A DNA stretch of 64,000 nt from Kofleriaceae bacterium. Its GTDB lineage: Bacteria > Myxococcota_A > Polyangia > Haliangiales > Haliangiaceae. The stretch covers positions 41,634-105,633 of the forward strand of contig JAGPCY010000020.1 in NCBI GenBank assembly GCA_018057825.1. Direction: 5' to 3'. The stretch's first letter is position 1; each line of letters opens with the position of its first letter. A program made the translations under genes and the position numbers. Under the pieces are notes generated by a model. It ran no database searches. It was not told where the DNA came from and saw only the letters and a list, made by a program, of their open reading frames with translations. Positions 20,374-33,889 of the stretch are shown piece after piece.

Positions 20374-22431
20374 ATGTCCTTCTCCGAGCTGATCGCGGCC
20401 CACGGGTTGACCACGGCCTTCCCGGCCGCGGTCGAGGCCGAGGTCGCCGCCTACCTGGCCGCCCCCGGCCTCGACGATCCCGAGCTGGTCGATCGCACCG
20501 GGTTGCCCTTCGTGACCATCGACGGCCCCGGCACCCGCGATCTCGATCAGGCGATCTTCGTCGAGGCCCGCGCCGGCGGCTTCCGCCTGTTCTACGCCAT
20601 CGCCGACGCCTCGTACTACGTCCGCCCCGGCACCGCGCTCCACGCCGAGGCGGTGCGGCGCGGCGCCAGCTACTACCTGCCCGGGCAGTCGGTGCCGATG
20701 TTGCCGCGGGCGCTGTCCGAGGGCCTGGTGTCGCTCGGCCCCGACGGCGATCGCCGCGCGCTGGTGTTCGACGTCGAGCTCGACGGCCGCGGCACGGTGG
20801 TGAAGTTCCAGTTCGAGCGCGCGCGCATCCGCAGCCGGGCCAAGCTGACCTTCGCTGCGGTCGACGCCTTCGTCGCCGGTCGCGGCAAGTGCCCGGGCCC
20901 GCGCGCGATCGGTCCCAGCCTCCTGGCGATCGCCGCCTTGGGCGAGCTGCGCGGCAAGCACGAGGATCGCGCGGCGATGGTGCGCTACTGGCGGACCGAG
21001 GCCGCGGTCCGGCTCCTGCCCGACGGCTCGGTGGTGGTCGAGGCCGAGGACCGCACGCCGATCGAGCTGGCCAACGAGCAGATCAGTATCCTGTGTAACG
21101 CCCTGGGCGGCCGCTTCCTCCTCGGTGGCTCGCCCGAGCTGGTGCAGCCGATCTACCGGGTCCACGAGCCGCCCGAGCCCGAGCGGGTCGAGGCCTTCGA
21201 GCGTCTGGTCGCCCAGGTCGCGCGCACTCGCGGCCTGCCCGACGATCCGTGGCTCTACCGGCAGGCCGCCGATCAAGGCATCGCCGGGTACCTCCAGCAC
21301 CTGCCGGCCCACGGCCCGGGCGCGCGCCTGGCCCGCGCGCTGCACCGCCAGGCCATGCTGCTCAACGGTCGGTCGCGGTTCGACGCCGAGCCGCGCGCTC
21401 ACTTCGGCGTCGGCGAGCAGATCTACTCGCGGTTCACCGCGCCGATGCGCGAGATCGTCGGCATCCACTGTCACGCCCAGGCGGTCGATCGCATGGTCGG
21501 TCGGTCGCCGCGCACTCGCGCCGAGGACGAGGCCATCCGCGCGGCGGTGATCGAGGCCGGCAACCGGGCCAAGGATCTGCAGCGCCTGCTCGATCGTGAC
21601 ATCAACCAGCGGGTCCACGCGGCGGTGTTCGGGCCCGAGGCGGCGCGGCCTCTGGCCGAGCGACCGCGCCACACCGGTACGATCGTCGGCTTCGCGCCCG
21701 GGCGGATCCACGTCGTCCTCGACGCGCCGCCCCTCGACGTCCGGGTGCCGCTGATCGAGCAAGGCAAGCTCGAGGGTGGCGCCTGGCTGACCGCGGTCGA
21801 CGACGGCGCCCGGCTGGCGCGCAAGGACGGCTCGACGGTCGCGCGGCTGGGCGATCAGGTGCGGACGGTGGCGGTCACCGCCGAGGCGGTCGTGATCGAG
21901 GCGGTGGTCCTGCCGCTGCCCGAGCTCCACGACCAGCTCGTCGACGCCGCCAGCGCGGCGCTGCGCGCCTGGTTGCCTCGGTTCCGCGCCGCGCATCCCG
22001 GGCCGCTCGACGCGGTCGCGCTGTACACCGACGACGGCGCCACCACGATCCGCCCGGCGGCGTCGACGGTGGCCGAGCGCGAGGACCGGGTCGCCCTCGA
22101 TCCCGACCTCGCTGGCGCCATGCGCTGGTCGGTCGGCGAGTGGTCCGACGACGTCGCCGCGCCCGAGTTCGATCGGCTGTGCGCCCAGGTCCGGGCCCAC
22201 GCCCAGGCCCACCCTGGCGACCTCGCCGACTTCCGCGCCACGCTCCACGAGGCGATGATGACCGCCCTCGAGGACGTCGACACCCACGGGCTGTTCGACG
22301 ACGAGCGTTGCGCGCGGTTCGTGACGATCACCGACTCGGCGGCCGCCGCCGACCTCGAGCGCACCTCGGCCGCGCGCCTCAACCACCGCGGCGAGGCCGA
22401 CGCCTTCCTGGCGTACCTCGCGCGCCCGTAG
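20374..22431 (+). CDS. RNB-domain exoribonuclease (RNase II/R family), apparently without N-terminal cold-shock domains
   Basis: An RNB signature (PFVTIDGPGTRDLDQAIF) lies near the N-terminus, an AAGGTG SD precedes the ATG, and a long unassigned C-terminal region follows. Confidence 0.8.
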   Translation: MSFSELIAAHGLTTAFPAAVEAEVAAYLAAPGLDDPELVDRTGLPFVTIDGPGTRDLDQAIFVEARAGGFRLFYAIADASYYVRPGTALHAEAVRRGASYYLPGQSVPMLPRALSEGLVSLGPDGDRRALVFDVELDGRGTVVKFQFERARIRSRAKLTFAAVDAFVAGRGKCPGPRAIGPSLLAIAALGELRGKHEDRAAMVRYWRTEAAVRLLPDGSVVVEAEDRTPIELANEQISILCNALGGRFLLGGSPELVQPIYRVHEPPEPERVEAFERLVAQVARTRGLPDDPWLYRQAADQGIAGYLQHLPAHGPGARLARALHRQAMLLNGRSRFDAEPRAHFGVGEQIYSRFTAPMREIVGIHCHAQAVDRMVGRSPRTRAEDEAIRAAVIEAGNRAKDLQRLLDRDINQRVHAAVFGPEAARPLAERPRHTGTIVGFAPGRIHVVLDAPPLDVRVPLIEQGKLEGGAWLTAVDDGARLARKDGSTVARLGDQVRTVAVTAEAVVIEAVVLPLPELHDQLVDAASAALRAWLPRFRAAHPGPLDAVALYTDDGATTIRPAASTVAEREDRVALDPDLAGAMRWSVGEWSDDVAAPEFDRLCAQVRAHAQAHPGDLADFRATLHEAMMTALEDVDTHGLFDDERCARFVTITDSAAAADLERTSAARLNHRGEADAFLAYLARP

Positions 22432-22584
22432 CAGGTCCCCGGGGCTGAGGTCGCGTCATTGAGCAGTTCGTTCAAGCGCTGAACGATCCGCGCGACGCTT
22501 GAGCGACGCTGCGGGCACGGCCGGTTGCGGCGACCGCGGTGTCGAGGAGTTGCTGACGGCGTGGGCCTTGCACCAGGTCGCGTC

Positions 22585-25374
22585 ATGACGCCACAACCTC
22601 CGATCCCAGTCCGGTTCGTCCTCCCACGCGCGCGCCGGCGCGCCCGGGCGCCAGTCCTCGGCCTGCTGGTCAGTCTCGGCGCCGCCGCCTGCGGCGACGT
22701 CGAGGCGATCGACGGTCCCGACGGCGGGCTCGTCGACGGCGACGACCCATCCCTCTACGCCGCCGGCACCACGCGCTACGAGGCCGAGGCCCGGACCCGG
22801 CAGAACGACGCCGTGGTCGCCACGAACAACCCCGGCTACACCGGCTCGGGCTTCATGGACTACGGTGGCACCGGGTCGTGGATCGAGTGGAGCAACATCA
22901 ACGCCGCGGCCGCGGGGTCGGCCACGGTCACGGTGCGCTACGCCAACGGCGGCGCGAGCGAGCGGCCGATCGCGCTCGTGGTCAACGGCGCCGCCGCGGG
23001 GACCGCCCGGGTGCCCTCGACCGGCGCCTGGGACGCCTGGACCACCGTCAGCTTCCCGGTGACCCTGCGCGCCGGCGCCAACGCGATGCGCCTGACCGCG
23101 ACCGGCGCCGCCGGACCCAACGTCGACCACGTCGAGGTGACCCCAGCCGCCGTCGCGCCGACCGGACTCAAGCTGCCGATCGAGGTGTTCGGCCCGTCCG
23201 GCACCCGGGTCTCGGTCCAGGTTCGCGTCGACGACCTGCGCGACATCACGCACCTGTACCTGCGGTGCAACGCCTGCGGCTATCACGTCACCGAGCTCGA
23301 CGCCGACGCCGGCAAGGTGAAGGCGTCGGTGCGGATCAACGGCGGCGCCGCCATCCCGCTCAAGCGCTACACCGCCGACGGGCGCGACGTCGGCAACTCG
23401 CGCCTCGAGATCCTCGACAACGCCAAGGACTACGGCGGCCTCGGCGGGGTGTTTCGCACCGTCAAGCTGAAGGTCCCGGTGTCCGGCCTGGTGGTCGGGA
23501 CCAACACGATCACCTTCGAGCACGTGACCGCGGCGCCGCCCAGCATCGGCTTTCGGATCCTCGAGCTGAACCTCCTGCGCGGCGGCTCGCTCTCGAACCG
23601 CGTGCTCGGCGGCTTCACCCAGGACGATCCCGCGACCTGGACGCCGCCGCTGTCGAGCGCCACCGAGATCGCCGCTGGGCGGACGCTGTGGACCAAGCGC
23701 AGCAGCCTGTACGACCCCGGCGTCGACGCGATCGACGGCCGGCTCGGGGGCGGCGCGGTCACCGGCAACATCACCGCGTCGTGCGCCGACTGCCACGCCA
23801 GCGACGGTCGCGACCTGGCGTACTTCAACTTCTCGAACCACTCGATCATCGAGCGCTCGATCTTCCACGGCCTGTCGCGCACCGACGGCACCCGGATCGC
23901 GTCGTACATCCGCAGCCGCAAGGCCGACGTGCCGGTGGTGGCGGCGGCGCGGCCGTGGAACCCGACCTACCAGCCGGGGCCCGGGCTCGACGCCCGGCCG
24001 GCCTACCAGTGGGCCGCCGGCGCCGGCGTCGACGCGATCCTCGCCGACGACGCGGCCATGGCGAGCTACCTGTTCCCCAGCGGGCAGTCCTTGGACGCGG
24101 TCCGCGCCGTCGTCAACCGTCACGGCAAGCTCAACCTGCGCGAGCTGCCGGTCGCGCTGCCGATGCCGGAGTGGAACCAATGGCTGCCGCACGTCCATCC
24201 CGACGACGCCTTCAGCACCTCGGCGTCGGCGTTGCGCGCCGACGAGTCGGGCGACAGCGTCGGCAAGCCGTTCTACACCGCGCTCTACGAGGCGGCCGAG
24301 GACGATCCGACGCCGCGCAAGATCGGCGACATGACCTCGCGGATCAAGTCCTGGCTCAAGCGCGGGATGACCTGCGACACCAACGGCGATACCTCCGGCG
24401 ATCCGTGGCGGGCCCTGAACGGCAACGTCCTCAGCGCGGTCAAGCTGCCCAAGAAGACCTACACCCGGTGCGAGGACAAGGACGATCGCCGGCGCTCGGA
24501 CGAGGAGGCCTATGAGATCGCCAAGCGCGGGCTGGCCGCGTGGATCGCGGTCAAGCAGTGGGAGATCGTCCACAGCAACAACCTCGAGGACGAGGGCAAG
24601 GAGGCGCAGAGCGCGAGCGTCCCATACCCGGGCGGCAGCCGGACCCTGCGCAGCGAGCGGGTGTGCAGCTCGCAGTGCGTCGACGCGCGCGAGCGCGGCT
24701 GGTTCGTCACCGGGCGCAACACGTTCGATCGGCCGCCGCACTTCACCGGCCACAACTCGCGGCACTTCTTCGGGCAGGACATCGTGTCGGGCGTGGCCGA
24801 GACCAACGCTTGGTACCACCTGAACATGCTGCTCAACCCCGGCTACCGCATCATGATGCCCAACCACTTCGCCTACGTGTGCAGCCACATCGAGATCCTG
24901 CAGGCTGAGTCGGACGTCGATCAGGGCTTCCGGTTCTGGGCGTCGATGATCAAGCAGCGGCAGCTCCAGACCAACGGCCTGTACGGCGCCGAGACCGGCA
25001 ACGACCTGCGGACCTCGCAGCCCCACGTCTACTACAAGGCCAACCGGAACGGCACCTCGGACACCCAGGCCTCGGTCGGGCGCACGCTGTGGCGCTACCT
25101 GGCGCAGGCCATGGTCGAGGACTTCGTCGCCGACGCCAACCGCGCCACCGCCGCGGAGTGGGCGGCGGCGGTCAACAACAGCAAGGTGCAGGCCCGCGAG
25201 AGCACCGACTTCAGCACCGGGACCACCTACGACACCGGCCCGCTCCAGGGCCGCAACACCTTCCGCGTCATCCCTCGGCTGCGCGAGCTCGGCGTGTCGT
25301 CCTCGGTCCTGACCTCGCTCATCAACTGGGGCGAGAAGACCTGGCCGCGCGGCAACTGGGACTCGCTGCGGTAG
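22585..25374 (+). CDS. Secreted multidomain protein: CBM6/CBM35-like carbohydrate-binding module plus large unknown region containing one CxxCH motif
   Basis: Signal peptide ([38 protein letters not shown]). A CBM35/6-like segment ([39 protein letters not shown]..). CADCH at about residue 400. Confidence 0.75.
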   Translation: MTPQPPIPVRFVLPRARRRARAPVLGLLVSLGAAACGDVEAIDGPDGGLVDGDDPSLYAAGTTRYEAEARTRQNDAVVATNNPGYTGSGFMDYGGTGSWIEWSNINAAAAGSATVTVRYANGGASERPIALVVNGAAAGTARVPSTGAWDAWTTVSFPVTLRAGANAMRLTATGAAGPNVDHVEVTPAAVAPTGLKLPIEVFGPSGTRVSVQVRVDDLRDITHLYLRCNACGYHVTELDADAGKVKASVRINGGAAIPLKRYTADGRDVGNSRLEILDNAKDYGGLGGVFRTVKLKVPVSGLVVGTNTITFEHVTAAPPSIGFRILELNLLRGGSLSNRVLGGFTQDDPATWTPPLSSATEIAAGRTLWTKRSSLYDPGVDAIDGRLGGGAVTGNITASCADCHASDGRDLAYFNFSNHSIIERSIFHGLSRTDGTRIASYIRSRKADVPVVAAARPWNPTYQPGPGLDARPAYQWAAGAGVDAILADDAAMASYLFPSGQSLDAVRAVVNRHGKLNLRELPVALPMPEWNQWLPHVHPDDAFSTSASALRADESGDSVGKPFYTALYEAAEDDPTPRKIGDMTSRIKSWLKRGMTCDTNGDTSGDPWRALNGNVLSAVKLPKKTYTRCEDKDDRRRSDEEAYEIAKRGLAAWIAVKQWEIVHSNNLEDEGKEAQSASVPYPGGSRTLRSERVCSSQCVDARERGWFVTGRNTFDRPPHFTGHNSRHFFGQDIVSGVAETNAWYHLNMLLNPGYRIMMPNHFAYVCSHIEILQAESDVDQGFRFWASMIKQRQLQTNGLYGAETGNDLRTSQPHVYYKANRNGTSDTQASVGRTLWRYLAQAMVEDFVADANRATAAEWAAAVNNSKVQARESTDFSTGTTYDTGPLQGRNTFRVIPRLRELGVSSSVLTSLINWGEKTWPRGNWDSLR

Positions 25375-25440
25375 CGCGGCGGCGCGAAGCGCGGCGACGC
25401 GGAGGCGGGCGCGCGGCGGTGGCGCTGGGGGAGGGCGGTG

Positions 25441-25672
<232 letters not shown>

Positions 25673-25728
25673 TGCCGGCCCGGCCTGGCGCGTTGACCGA
25701 TCAGAATCGTGCTACGCAGGGAGCCGAC

Positions 25729-26981
<1,253 letters not shown>

Positions 26982-26985
<4 letters not shown>

Positions 26986-27608
26986 CGCCGCTGCGCTTGG
27001 CCCTGCCCAAGGGCCGCATCCTCGACGAGGTCGCCGCGATCTTCGGCCGCGCCGGCTACGACCTGTCGCCGGCCCTGGGCGACAGCCGCCGCCTGCAGCA
27101 CGACTGCGGGCCGCTGCGGGTGCTGGTGGTGCGCGGCGCCGACGTGCCGACCTACGTCGCCCACGGCGCCGCCGATCTCGGGGTCGCCGGGTCCGACGTC
27201 CTCGACGAGGAGGGCCGCGATCTCTACGAGCCCCTCGACCTCGGGGTCGGCCGGTGCCAGATGATCGTCGCCGAGCCGGCCGCGCGCCGCGAGCGCGCCG
27301 CGATGCACGTCCGCTACGCCACCAAGTACCCGCGCACGACCAAGGCCTACCTGCAGCGGCGCGGCCTGACCGCCGAGGTCATCAAGCTGTCGGGGTCGAT
27401 CGAGCTCGGGCCGCTGACCGGGCTGTGCGATCGCATCGTCGACATCACCCAGACCGGCGAGACCCTGCGGCAGAACGGCCTGGCGATCATCGACACCGTC
27501 GCCGAGGTGTCGAGCCGCCTGGTGGTCAACCCGGCGGCGCTCAAGCTGGCCGGGCCGGCCCTGGCCGAGGTCCTCGAGCGGCTGGGGGCGGCGGTCGCGG
27601 CTGGGTAG
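26982..27608 (+). CDS. hisG: ATP phosphoribosyltransferase (short-form HisG)
   Basis: The GTG start overlaps the murA stop (GTGA). [48 protein letters not shown] matches HisG. Confidence 0.9.
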
Positions 27609-27659
27609 CGCGCCGGCGGTGAGCCTGGATGCGGCTCGCGCCGACGGTCAGGCGGTTCG

Positions 27660-28402
<743 letters not shown>

Positions 28403-28406
<4 letters not shown>

Positions 28407-29458
28407 CCCTCGACGGCTGGCGCGGCGACGCCGCCGCGGTGCTGTTCGCCAACCCGACCGCGCAGAGCGGCAAGGCCGCCGACGCGATCCGCGCCGCGAC
28501 CGCGGCCCTGACCGCGGCTGGGGTGCCGCACCGCTTCGTGCCGACCGCGCCGGCCGGCGGCACCGTCGAGGTGGTCCGGCGGGCGATCGACGACGACGGC
28601 GCGCGGGTGGTGATCGCGATGGGCGGCGACGGCACCTTCGCCGAGGTCGCCAAGGGCGTCTTGGCGTCGGCCCACGCGGCGCGGGTGGCGATGGGGATGT
28701 TGCCGACCGGCACCGCCAACGATCAGGGCAAGTCGTTTGGCCTCGGCGCCGGCGCCGGCGCGCTGCACGACAACGTCGCGGTGATCGCGGCCGGGCGGGT
28801 CGCGGCGATCGACGCCGGTCGGATCGAGGTGATCGCCGGCGAGGAGCGGGTGATCCACCGCGATCTGTTCTTCGACTCGGCGTCGATCGGGTTCGGCGCC
28901 GACGCCCTGATCGCGCGCAACCGCGACCGCGAGCTGGTCGGCAAGATCCCTCTGGCCCGGCTGTTCTACCGCGACATGCTGGTCTACGCCGGCGCGGTCA
29001 TGCGCAAGTTCGCCGAGAGCTACGTCAGCGACATCAAGTTCGATCTGGCGGCCGAGATCGACGGCCAGGCCCACAGCTTCGACGCGCTGTTCGACGTCAT
29101 CGTCAAGAACACCGCGGTGTTCGGCGGCGAGTGGGTCCTCGATCCCGACACTCGCGCCGACGACGGGGTGTTCGAGCTGATCCCGATCTACGGGCGGCGC
29201 GACCTGACCTCCAAGCTGTTCGCGTCGCTGCGCCACCTGCCGATCGACGGCGACACCCTGCGCGATCTCGGCATCGAACACTCCGAGCCGATCCCCGGTC
29301 GGCGCTTCGTCCTCACCGTGACCCAGCCCGGCCAGGCCGGGTATCCGGCCGCCCAGCTCGACGGCGAGGAGATCCCGGCCGGCCGACGCTACCGCATCGA
29401 CGCCCTGCCGCGCTGTCTCCACCTGATCGTGCCGCGGGCCGCGACCGGTCGGCCCTGA
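28403..29458 (+). CDS. Diacylglycerol-kinase catalytic-domain lipid kinase (YegS/DgkA-like)
   Basis: ..[19 protein letters not shown].. is a DAGK_cat GGDG motif. The ATG at 28403 lies within track ORF 28247..29458. Confidence 0.8.
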
Positions 29459-29601
29459 CCTGGCGCGCGCGCGGTGGGCGAGCCACCGTCGGTGCCCGCA
29501 TCCCGCGCCCCGCTATTCGGCGTCGCGACCGGGAACAACCGGGGGGCGCGCTTCGTTCTTCGTTAGACTCGCGGCCTAGGGCCTGCGAGAGAGGCACGAA
29601 C

Positions 29602-30402
29602 ATGACGACGCGCGACGCGAGGACCAACGGGCTCGATCGGACCAGGGACCGATGGCTGGCCGGCCTTGGGCTGCTCGGCCTCGGACTGGCGCTACTGACG
29701 GTGGGCTGTCGCGAGCGCGGAGCGCCATCTGCCGGACCGCCGCCGTCGGCTGCGGACGACGCGGCGCCGCCGCCCGACGGCCACGTCCCGCCGCCCCCGC
29801 CCCCCGATGCGCCGCCGTCGCTCGGCCTGGGGCCGTACGCCAACCTGCACGCTGACTTCGTGGCGCGGTGCCCGATCACGCTGCCCGAACCCGACGGGCC
29901 GAGCAGCCGACCGTCTCAGGAGCACGCCTATATCGGTCCAGCCGGCCGGGGGTGCAAGGTCCGCGAGCGCGACCACGTCGCGTTCTTCGGCGTGACCTAC
30001 ACCGCGGTCGACGATGTGCACTCGTATGTGGCCAGGCTTGGCAAGGAAGAGCGCTACCGACGGGTCGTGGGCAACGTCGATGCGATCCAGGTTGCGTACC
30101 GCAAGGGCCCGCCTGTGAACGTGGCGCTCTGCCAGACGATCCCAGACCAGCTCGCTCGGCTGTATCAGCACATCTCCAGCATCTCGGACGAAGCCACCGC
30201 GCGCCTGGTGACCACGCTACGCCAGGTCGACAAGCTCGAGGCGCCGAGGGCCTATGCGCGGATCCAGATCGACAACCGCGTCGTGTATGCCTCGATCGAT
30301 CTCGGCCCCCGCGATCCGAAGGACGCGACCTGTTTCGGGAGCCTCGAGGCCGGCCTGACCCTCGCCCACGACCCGGTGATCGTCGACGTCCCCCTGAACT
30401 AG
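29602..30402 (+). CDS. Hypothetical lipoprotein
   Basis: A lower-GC leader with GAGAGAGG ahead of the ATG. Signal plus lipobox (LLGLGLALLTVGCRE) and a Pro-rich linker. Confidence 0.6.
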   Translation: MTTRDARTNGLDRTRDRWLAGLGLLGLGLALLTVGCRERGAPSAGPPPSAADDAAPPPDGHVPPPPPPDAPPSLGLGPYANLHADFVARCPITLPEPDGPSSRPSQEHAYIGPAGRGCKVRERDHVAFFGVTYTAVDDVHSYVARLGKEERYRRVVGNVDAIQVAYRKGPPVNVALCQTIPDQLARLYQHISSISDEATARLVTTLRQVDKLEAPRAYARIQIDNRVVYASIDLGPRDPKDATCFGSLEAGLTLAHDPVIVDVPLN

Positions 30403-30406
30403 CGCC

Positions 30407-32650
30407 CTAGCGGATCTTGCGGCGGGCGATCCCGGCGACCTTGCGGCGGCGCAGGCGCGTGGCGTCCTTCAAGCGGCGATCGGTGTGCTCGATCATCTGC
30501 TGCTGGGCGTGGCGGGCGCCGTCGTCGCCGCGGCGCTGGCGGTAGCTGCCGTCGGGCATCATGTCCCAGGCGCCGCGCTGATCGGCGAGCTGGACGTCGA
30601 GGAAGTGACGCACCTCGGCCTGGAGCCGCGGGTCGTCGATCGGCGCGAGGACCTCGACCCGGCGCTCGAGGTTGCGCTGCATCAGGTCGGCCGAACCCAG
30701 GTAGTACTCGGGCTTGCCGTGGTTGTGGAAGTACAGGACCCGGGCGTGCTCGAGGAAGCGGCCGACCACCGACACCACCCGGATGTGCTCCGAGATGCCG
30801 GGCAGGCCGGGCCGCAACCGGCAGGTGTCGCGGACGATGAGATCGATCGCGACCCCGGCCTGGGAAGCGCGGTACAGGGCGCGGACGATGTCGACGTCCT
30901 CGAGGGCGTTGACCTTCCACTGCAGTCGGGCCTCGCGGCCCTTCTCGGCGTGGCGGATCTCGCGCTCGATCTTGTCGAGGAGCGCGGCCTTCAGGTTCTT
31001 GGGCGCCGGCAGGAGCTTGCCGTACTTGCGCTTGGGCCGGAACCCGGTGGTCAGGTAGTTGAACAGCTCGGTCAGGTCGCTGCCCAGGACCTTGTCGCAG
31101 GTGAACAGGCCGAAGTCGGCGTACTGCCGGGCGGTGCCGGCGTGGTAGTTGCCGGTGGCGATGTGGGCGTAGCGGCGCAGGCCGTCGTAGTCCTGGCGCA
31201 CGACCAGGACCAGCTTGCAGTGGGTCTTCAGGCCGACGACGCCGTAGGTGACGTGGATGCCGGCCCGCTCCATGCGGGTGGCCCAGCGGATGTTGGCCTC
31301 CTCGTCGAAGCGAGCCTTGAGCTCGAGGACGACCGCGACCTGCTTGCCGCCGAGCGCGGCGTTGATCAGGTGCTTGATGACCTGCGAGTCACGCGAGGTC
31401 CGGTACAGCGTGGCCTTGATCGCGCGGACCTTGGGATCGCTGGCGGCCTCGCGCAGGAACCGCTCGACCGATTGCTGGAACGACTCGTAGGGGTGATGGA
31501 CCAGGACGCTGCCGGCGTCGCGGATGGTGTGGAAGATCGAGCGCTCGCCGAGCAGGTCGACCGGCGGACCGGGGGCGTGGGGCGGGTCGCGCAGGGCCGG
31601 CACGTCGAGGCCGGCCAGCTCCATGAGGTCGCGCTGGCCGAGCATGCCCTCGGCCTCGAAGACGTCGCGCTCGTCGAGGCCTAGCTCGGCCGCCAGCTTG
31701 CCGCGCAGGTACGCGGTCATGGTCTTCTCGACCTGGAGCCGGACGATCGGCGCGAACCGGCGCTCGCGCAGCTCGATCTCGATCAGCTCGAGCAGGTCGT
31801 CGGCCTCGCCCTCCTCGCGCTCGGTGATCGCGTTGCGGGTGACCCGGAACCGGGCGCAGCTATCGACCTCCATGCCGGGGAACAACAGATCGAGGTTGCC
31901 GACCATGACCTCGTCGAGGGGCACGAAGCGGGTCGGGCCGAGCTGGAGGAAGCGCGGGATGCCGGCGCCGATCGGCACCTTGATCCGGGCCAGGAGCGGC
32001 TCGGGATCGTCGGGGTAGTGCAGGGTGACCAGCAGGTTGAGCGACAGGTTCGAGACGAACGGGAACGGGTGGGCCGGGTCCATCGCCTGGGGCGTGACCA
32101 GCGGGAAGATGTTGTCGAGGTAGTAGGCCCGGACCTGGGCGCGCTCGTCGGCGCCGAGGTCGCGCCAGGCCGCGATCACCACGCCGTGGTCGGCCAGGCG
32201 GGCGCGCAGCTCGTCGAGGAGCGCGGTCTTGCGGCGCTCGAGGTCGGAGATCATCTGCAAGCACTCGGCGATCTGCTGGGTCGGCGAGCGACCGTCGGGC
32301 GTGACCGCGGTCAGGCCGGCGCCGACCTGCTGCTTCAGGCCGCCGATGCGCTTCTGGAAGAACTCGTCGATGTTGGCCGAGACGATCGCGACGAACTTCA
32401 ACCGCTCGAGGAGCGGCACGCGCTCGTCCTCGGCTTCGTGCAGCACCCGCCAGCAGAAGTTCAGGTAGGTCAGCTCGCGGTTGAGCAGGAGCTCGGGCGC
32501 GGTCAGCTCGGTCGGGACCGGGCCGCGGGTGCCGGGGTGGGGCGGGGTGGCGCCGCGCGGCGGCGGCTCGGGGGCGGCCGGTCGCTCGACCTCGGTCAGG
32601 GTGCCGTCGACGAAGCGGAACGCGCCGCTGGTGCTGGCCGTGCTGGTCAT
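30407..32650 (-). CDS. ppk1: Polyphosphate kinase 1
   Basis: LLNRELTYLNFCWRVLHEAEDERVPLLERLKFVAIVSANIDEFF, then two PLD-like HKD-containing C-terminal domains typical of PPK1. The ATG at MTSTAS was chosen; the track ORF extends to a GTG at 32887. Confidence 0.9.
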   Translation of the reverse strand: MTSTASTSGAFRFVDGTLTEVERPAAPEPPPRGATPPHPGTRGPVPTELTAPELLLNRELTYLNFCWRVLHEAEDERVPLLERLKFVAIVSANIDEFFQKRIGGLKQQVGAGLTAVTPDGRSPTQQIAECLQMISDLERRKTALLDELRARLADHGVVIAAWRDLGADERAQVRAYYLDNIFPLVTPQAMDPAHPFPFVSNLSLNLLVTLHYPDDPEPLLARIKVPIGAGIPRFLQLGPTRFVPLDEVMVGNLDLLFPGMEVDSCARFRVTRNAITEREEGEADDLLELIEIELRERRFAPIVRLQVEKTMTAYLRGKLAAELGLDERDVFEAEGMLGQRDLMELAGLDVPALRDPPHAPGPPVDLLGERSIFHTIRDAGSVLVHHPYESFQQSVERFLREAASDPKVRAIKATLYRTSRDSQVIKHLINAALGGKQVAVVLELKARFDEEANIRWATRMERAGIHVTYGVVGLKTHCKLVLVVRQDYDGLRRYAHIATGNYHAGTARQYADFGLFTCDKVLGSDLTELFNYLTTGFRPKRKYGKLLPAPKNLKAALLDKIEREIRHAEKGREARLQWKVNALEDVDIVRALYRASQAGVAIDLIVRDTCRLRPGLPGISEHIRVVSVVGRFLEHARVLYFHNHGKPEYYLGSADLMQRNLERRVEVLAPIDDPRLQAEVRHFLDVQLADQRGAWDMMPDGSYRQRRGDDGARHAQQQMIEHTDRRLKDATRLRRRKVAGIARRKIR

Positions 32651-32728
32651 GGGGGACGCGCCGCGCGCGTCGACGATCAGTATAGTGACGCCCGGACCGA
32701 CGGGCGAAGGTGGTAGCGTGACGTTTCG

Positions 32729-33889
32729 ATGACGCGCATCGTGCTGGCGCTCACCGACCCGCGCAGCGCGCTCCTGGTCCGCGGCCAGCTCGCCTACCTC
32801 GGGCGGCGCGGCTTCGACGTCCACCTGGTGACGGGACGCGGCGAGCCGGCTGGCGCGCTGGCCGCCGCCGAGGGCGCGACCCACCACGCGGTCGACATCC
32901 AGCGCGACATCGCGCTCGGCTCGGACCCGCGGGCGTTGGCCCAGTTGGTCGGGCTCCTGGCCCGGCTGCGGCCGACCCTGATCGACGGCTCGACGCCGAA
33001 GGCGGGGCTCCTAGCGATGGTGGCGGCGACGGTCAGTCGCGTGCCGGTGCGGGTCCACACCCTGCGCGGGCTGCGCCACCTGACCGCGCGCGGGGCCCGG
33101 CGGGCGGTCTTGTGGGCGGGGCACCGCGTCACCTGCCAGCTCGCCCATCAGGTGATCTGCGTCGGGCCGAGCCTGCGCGCGCGCGCGGTCGCCCTGGGTG
33201 TGGTCGCCGCCGACCGCGCGGTCGTGCTCGGTCCGGGCTCGGGCAACGGCGTCGATCCGGCGCGCTTCGATCCGGTGCGCCACGCGGCGGCGGGCGCGGC
33301 GCTACGCGCAGCCCACGGCGCGACCGGTCCGGTGGTGGCGTTCGTCGGCCGGGTGTCGCGCGACAAGGGCCTGGCCGAGCTGGTCGCGGCCTGGGCGCGG
33401 CTCGGGCGCGCCGACGCCCAGCTCTGGATCGTCGGGCCTGACGATCCCACCGACCCGATCGACGGCGCGACCCGGGCCGCGCTGGCGGCGCCGACGATCC
33501 ACCTGCTCGGCGATCAGCGCGAGGTCGGGCCGATCTACGCCGCCGCCGACGTCGTCGTGCTGCCGTCGCATCGCGAGGGCCTGGCCAACGTGCTGCTCGA
33601 GGCCGGGGCCATGGCGACCCCGGCGGTGGCGTCGCGCATCCCCGGCTGTGTCGACGTGATCGTCGACGGCGTCACCGGCGCCCTGGTCGAGGTCGGCGAC
33701 GTCGCCGGCCTGGCCCGGGCGATCGCCGGCTACCTGACCGACCCGGCGCGGGCCGCGGCCCACGGCGCAGCCGCCCAGGCGCGCGTCCTCTGCGACTTCC
33801 GCATGTCCGAGGTCTGGGCCCGGGTCGCCGATCAGTACGCGGCGCTGATCGATCAGCGGGGCCGGCGAGGTTTGCTACAGTCCTCCTGA
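32729..33889 (+). CDS. Glycosyltransferase family 4
   Basis: A GT4 C-terminal signature (VLPSHREGLANVLLEAGAMATPAVASRIPGCVDVIVDGVTGALVE). It is divergent from ppk1. Confidence 0.85.
   Translation: MTRIVLALTDPRSALLVRGQLAYLGRRGFDVHLVTGRGEPAGALAAAEGATHHAVDIQRDIALGSDPRALAQLVGLLARLRPTLIDGSTPKAGLLAMVAATVSRVPVRVHTLRGLRHLTARGARRAVLWAGHRVTCQLAHQVICVGPSLRARAVALGVVAADRAVVLGPGSGNGVDPARFDPVRHAAAGAALRAAHGATGPVVAFVGRVSRDKGLAELVAAWARLGRADAQLWIVGPDDPTDPIDGATRAALAAPTIHLLGDQREVGPIYAAADVVVLPSHREGLANVLLEAGAMATPAVASRIPGCVDVIVDGVTGALVEVGDVAGLARAIAGYLTDPARAAAHGAAAQARVLCDFRMSEVWARVADQYAALIDQRGRRGLLQSS

Noticed and set aside
17426-20374. 982-aa minus-strand ORF
   Set aside because: It is antisense to the M16 peptidase, which has a clear HxxEH motif, and is of Arg/Gly low complexity.
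22456-25026. 856-aa minus-strand ORF
   Set aside because: It is antisense to the CBM/haem secreted protein and has no recognisable domain.
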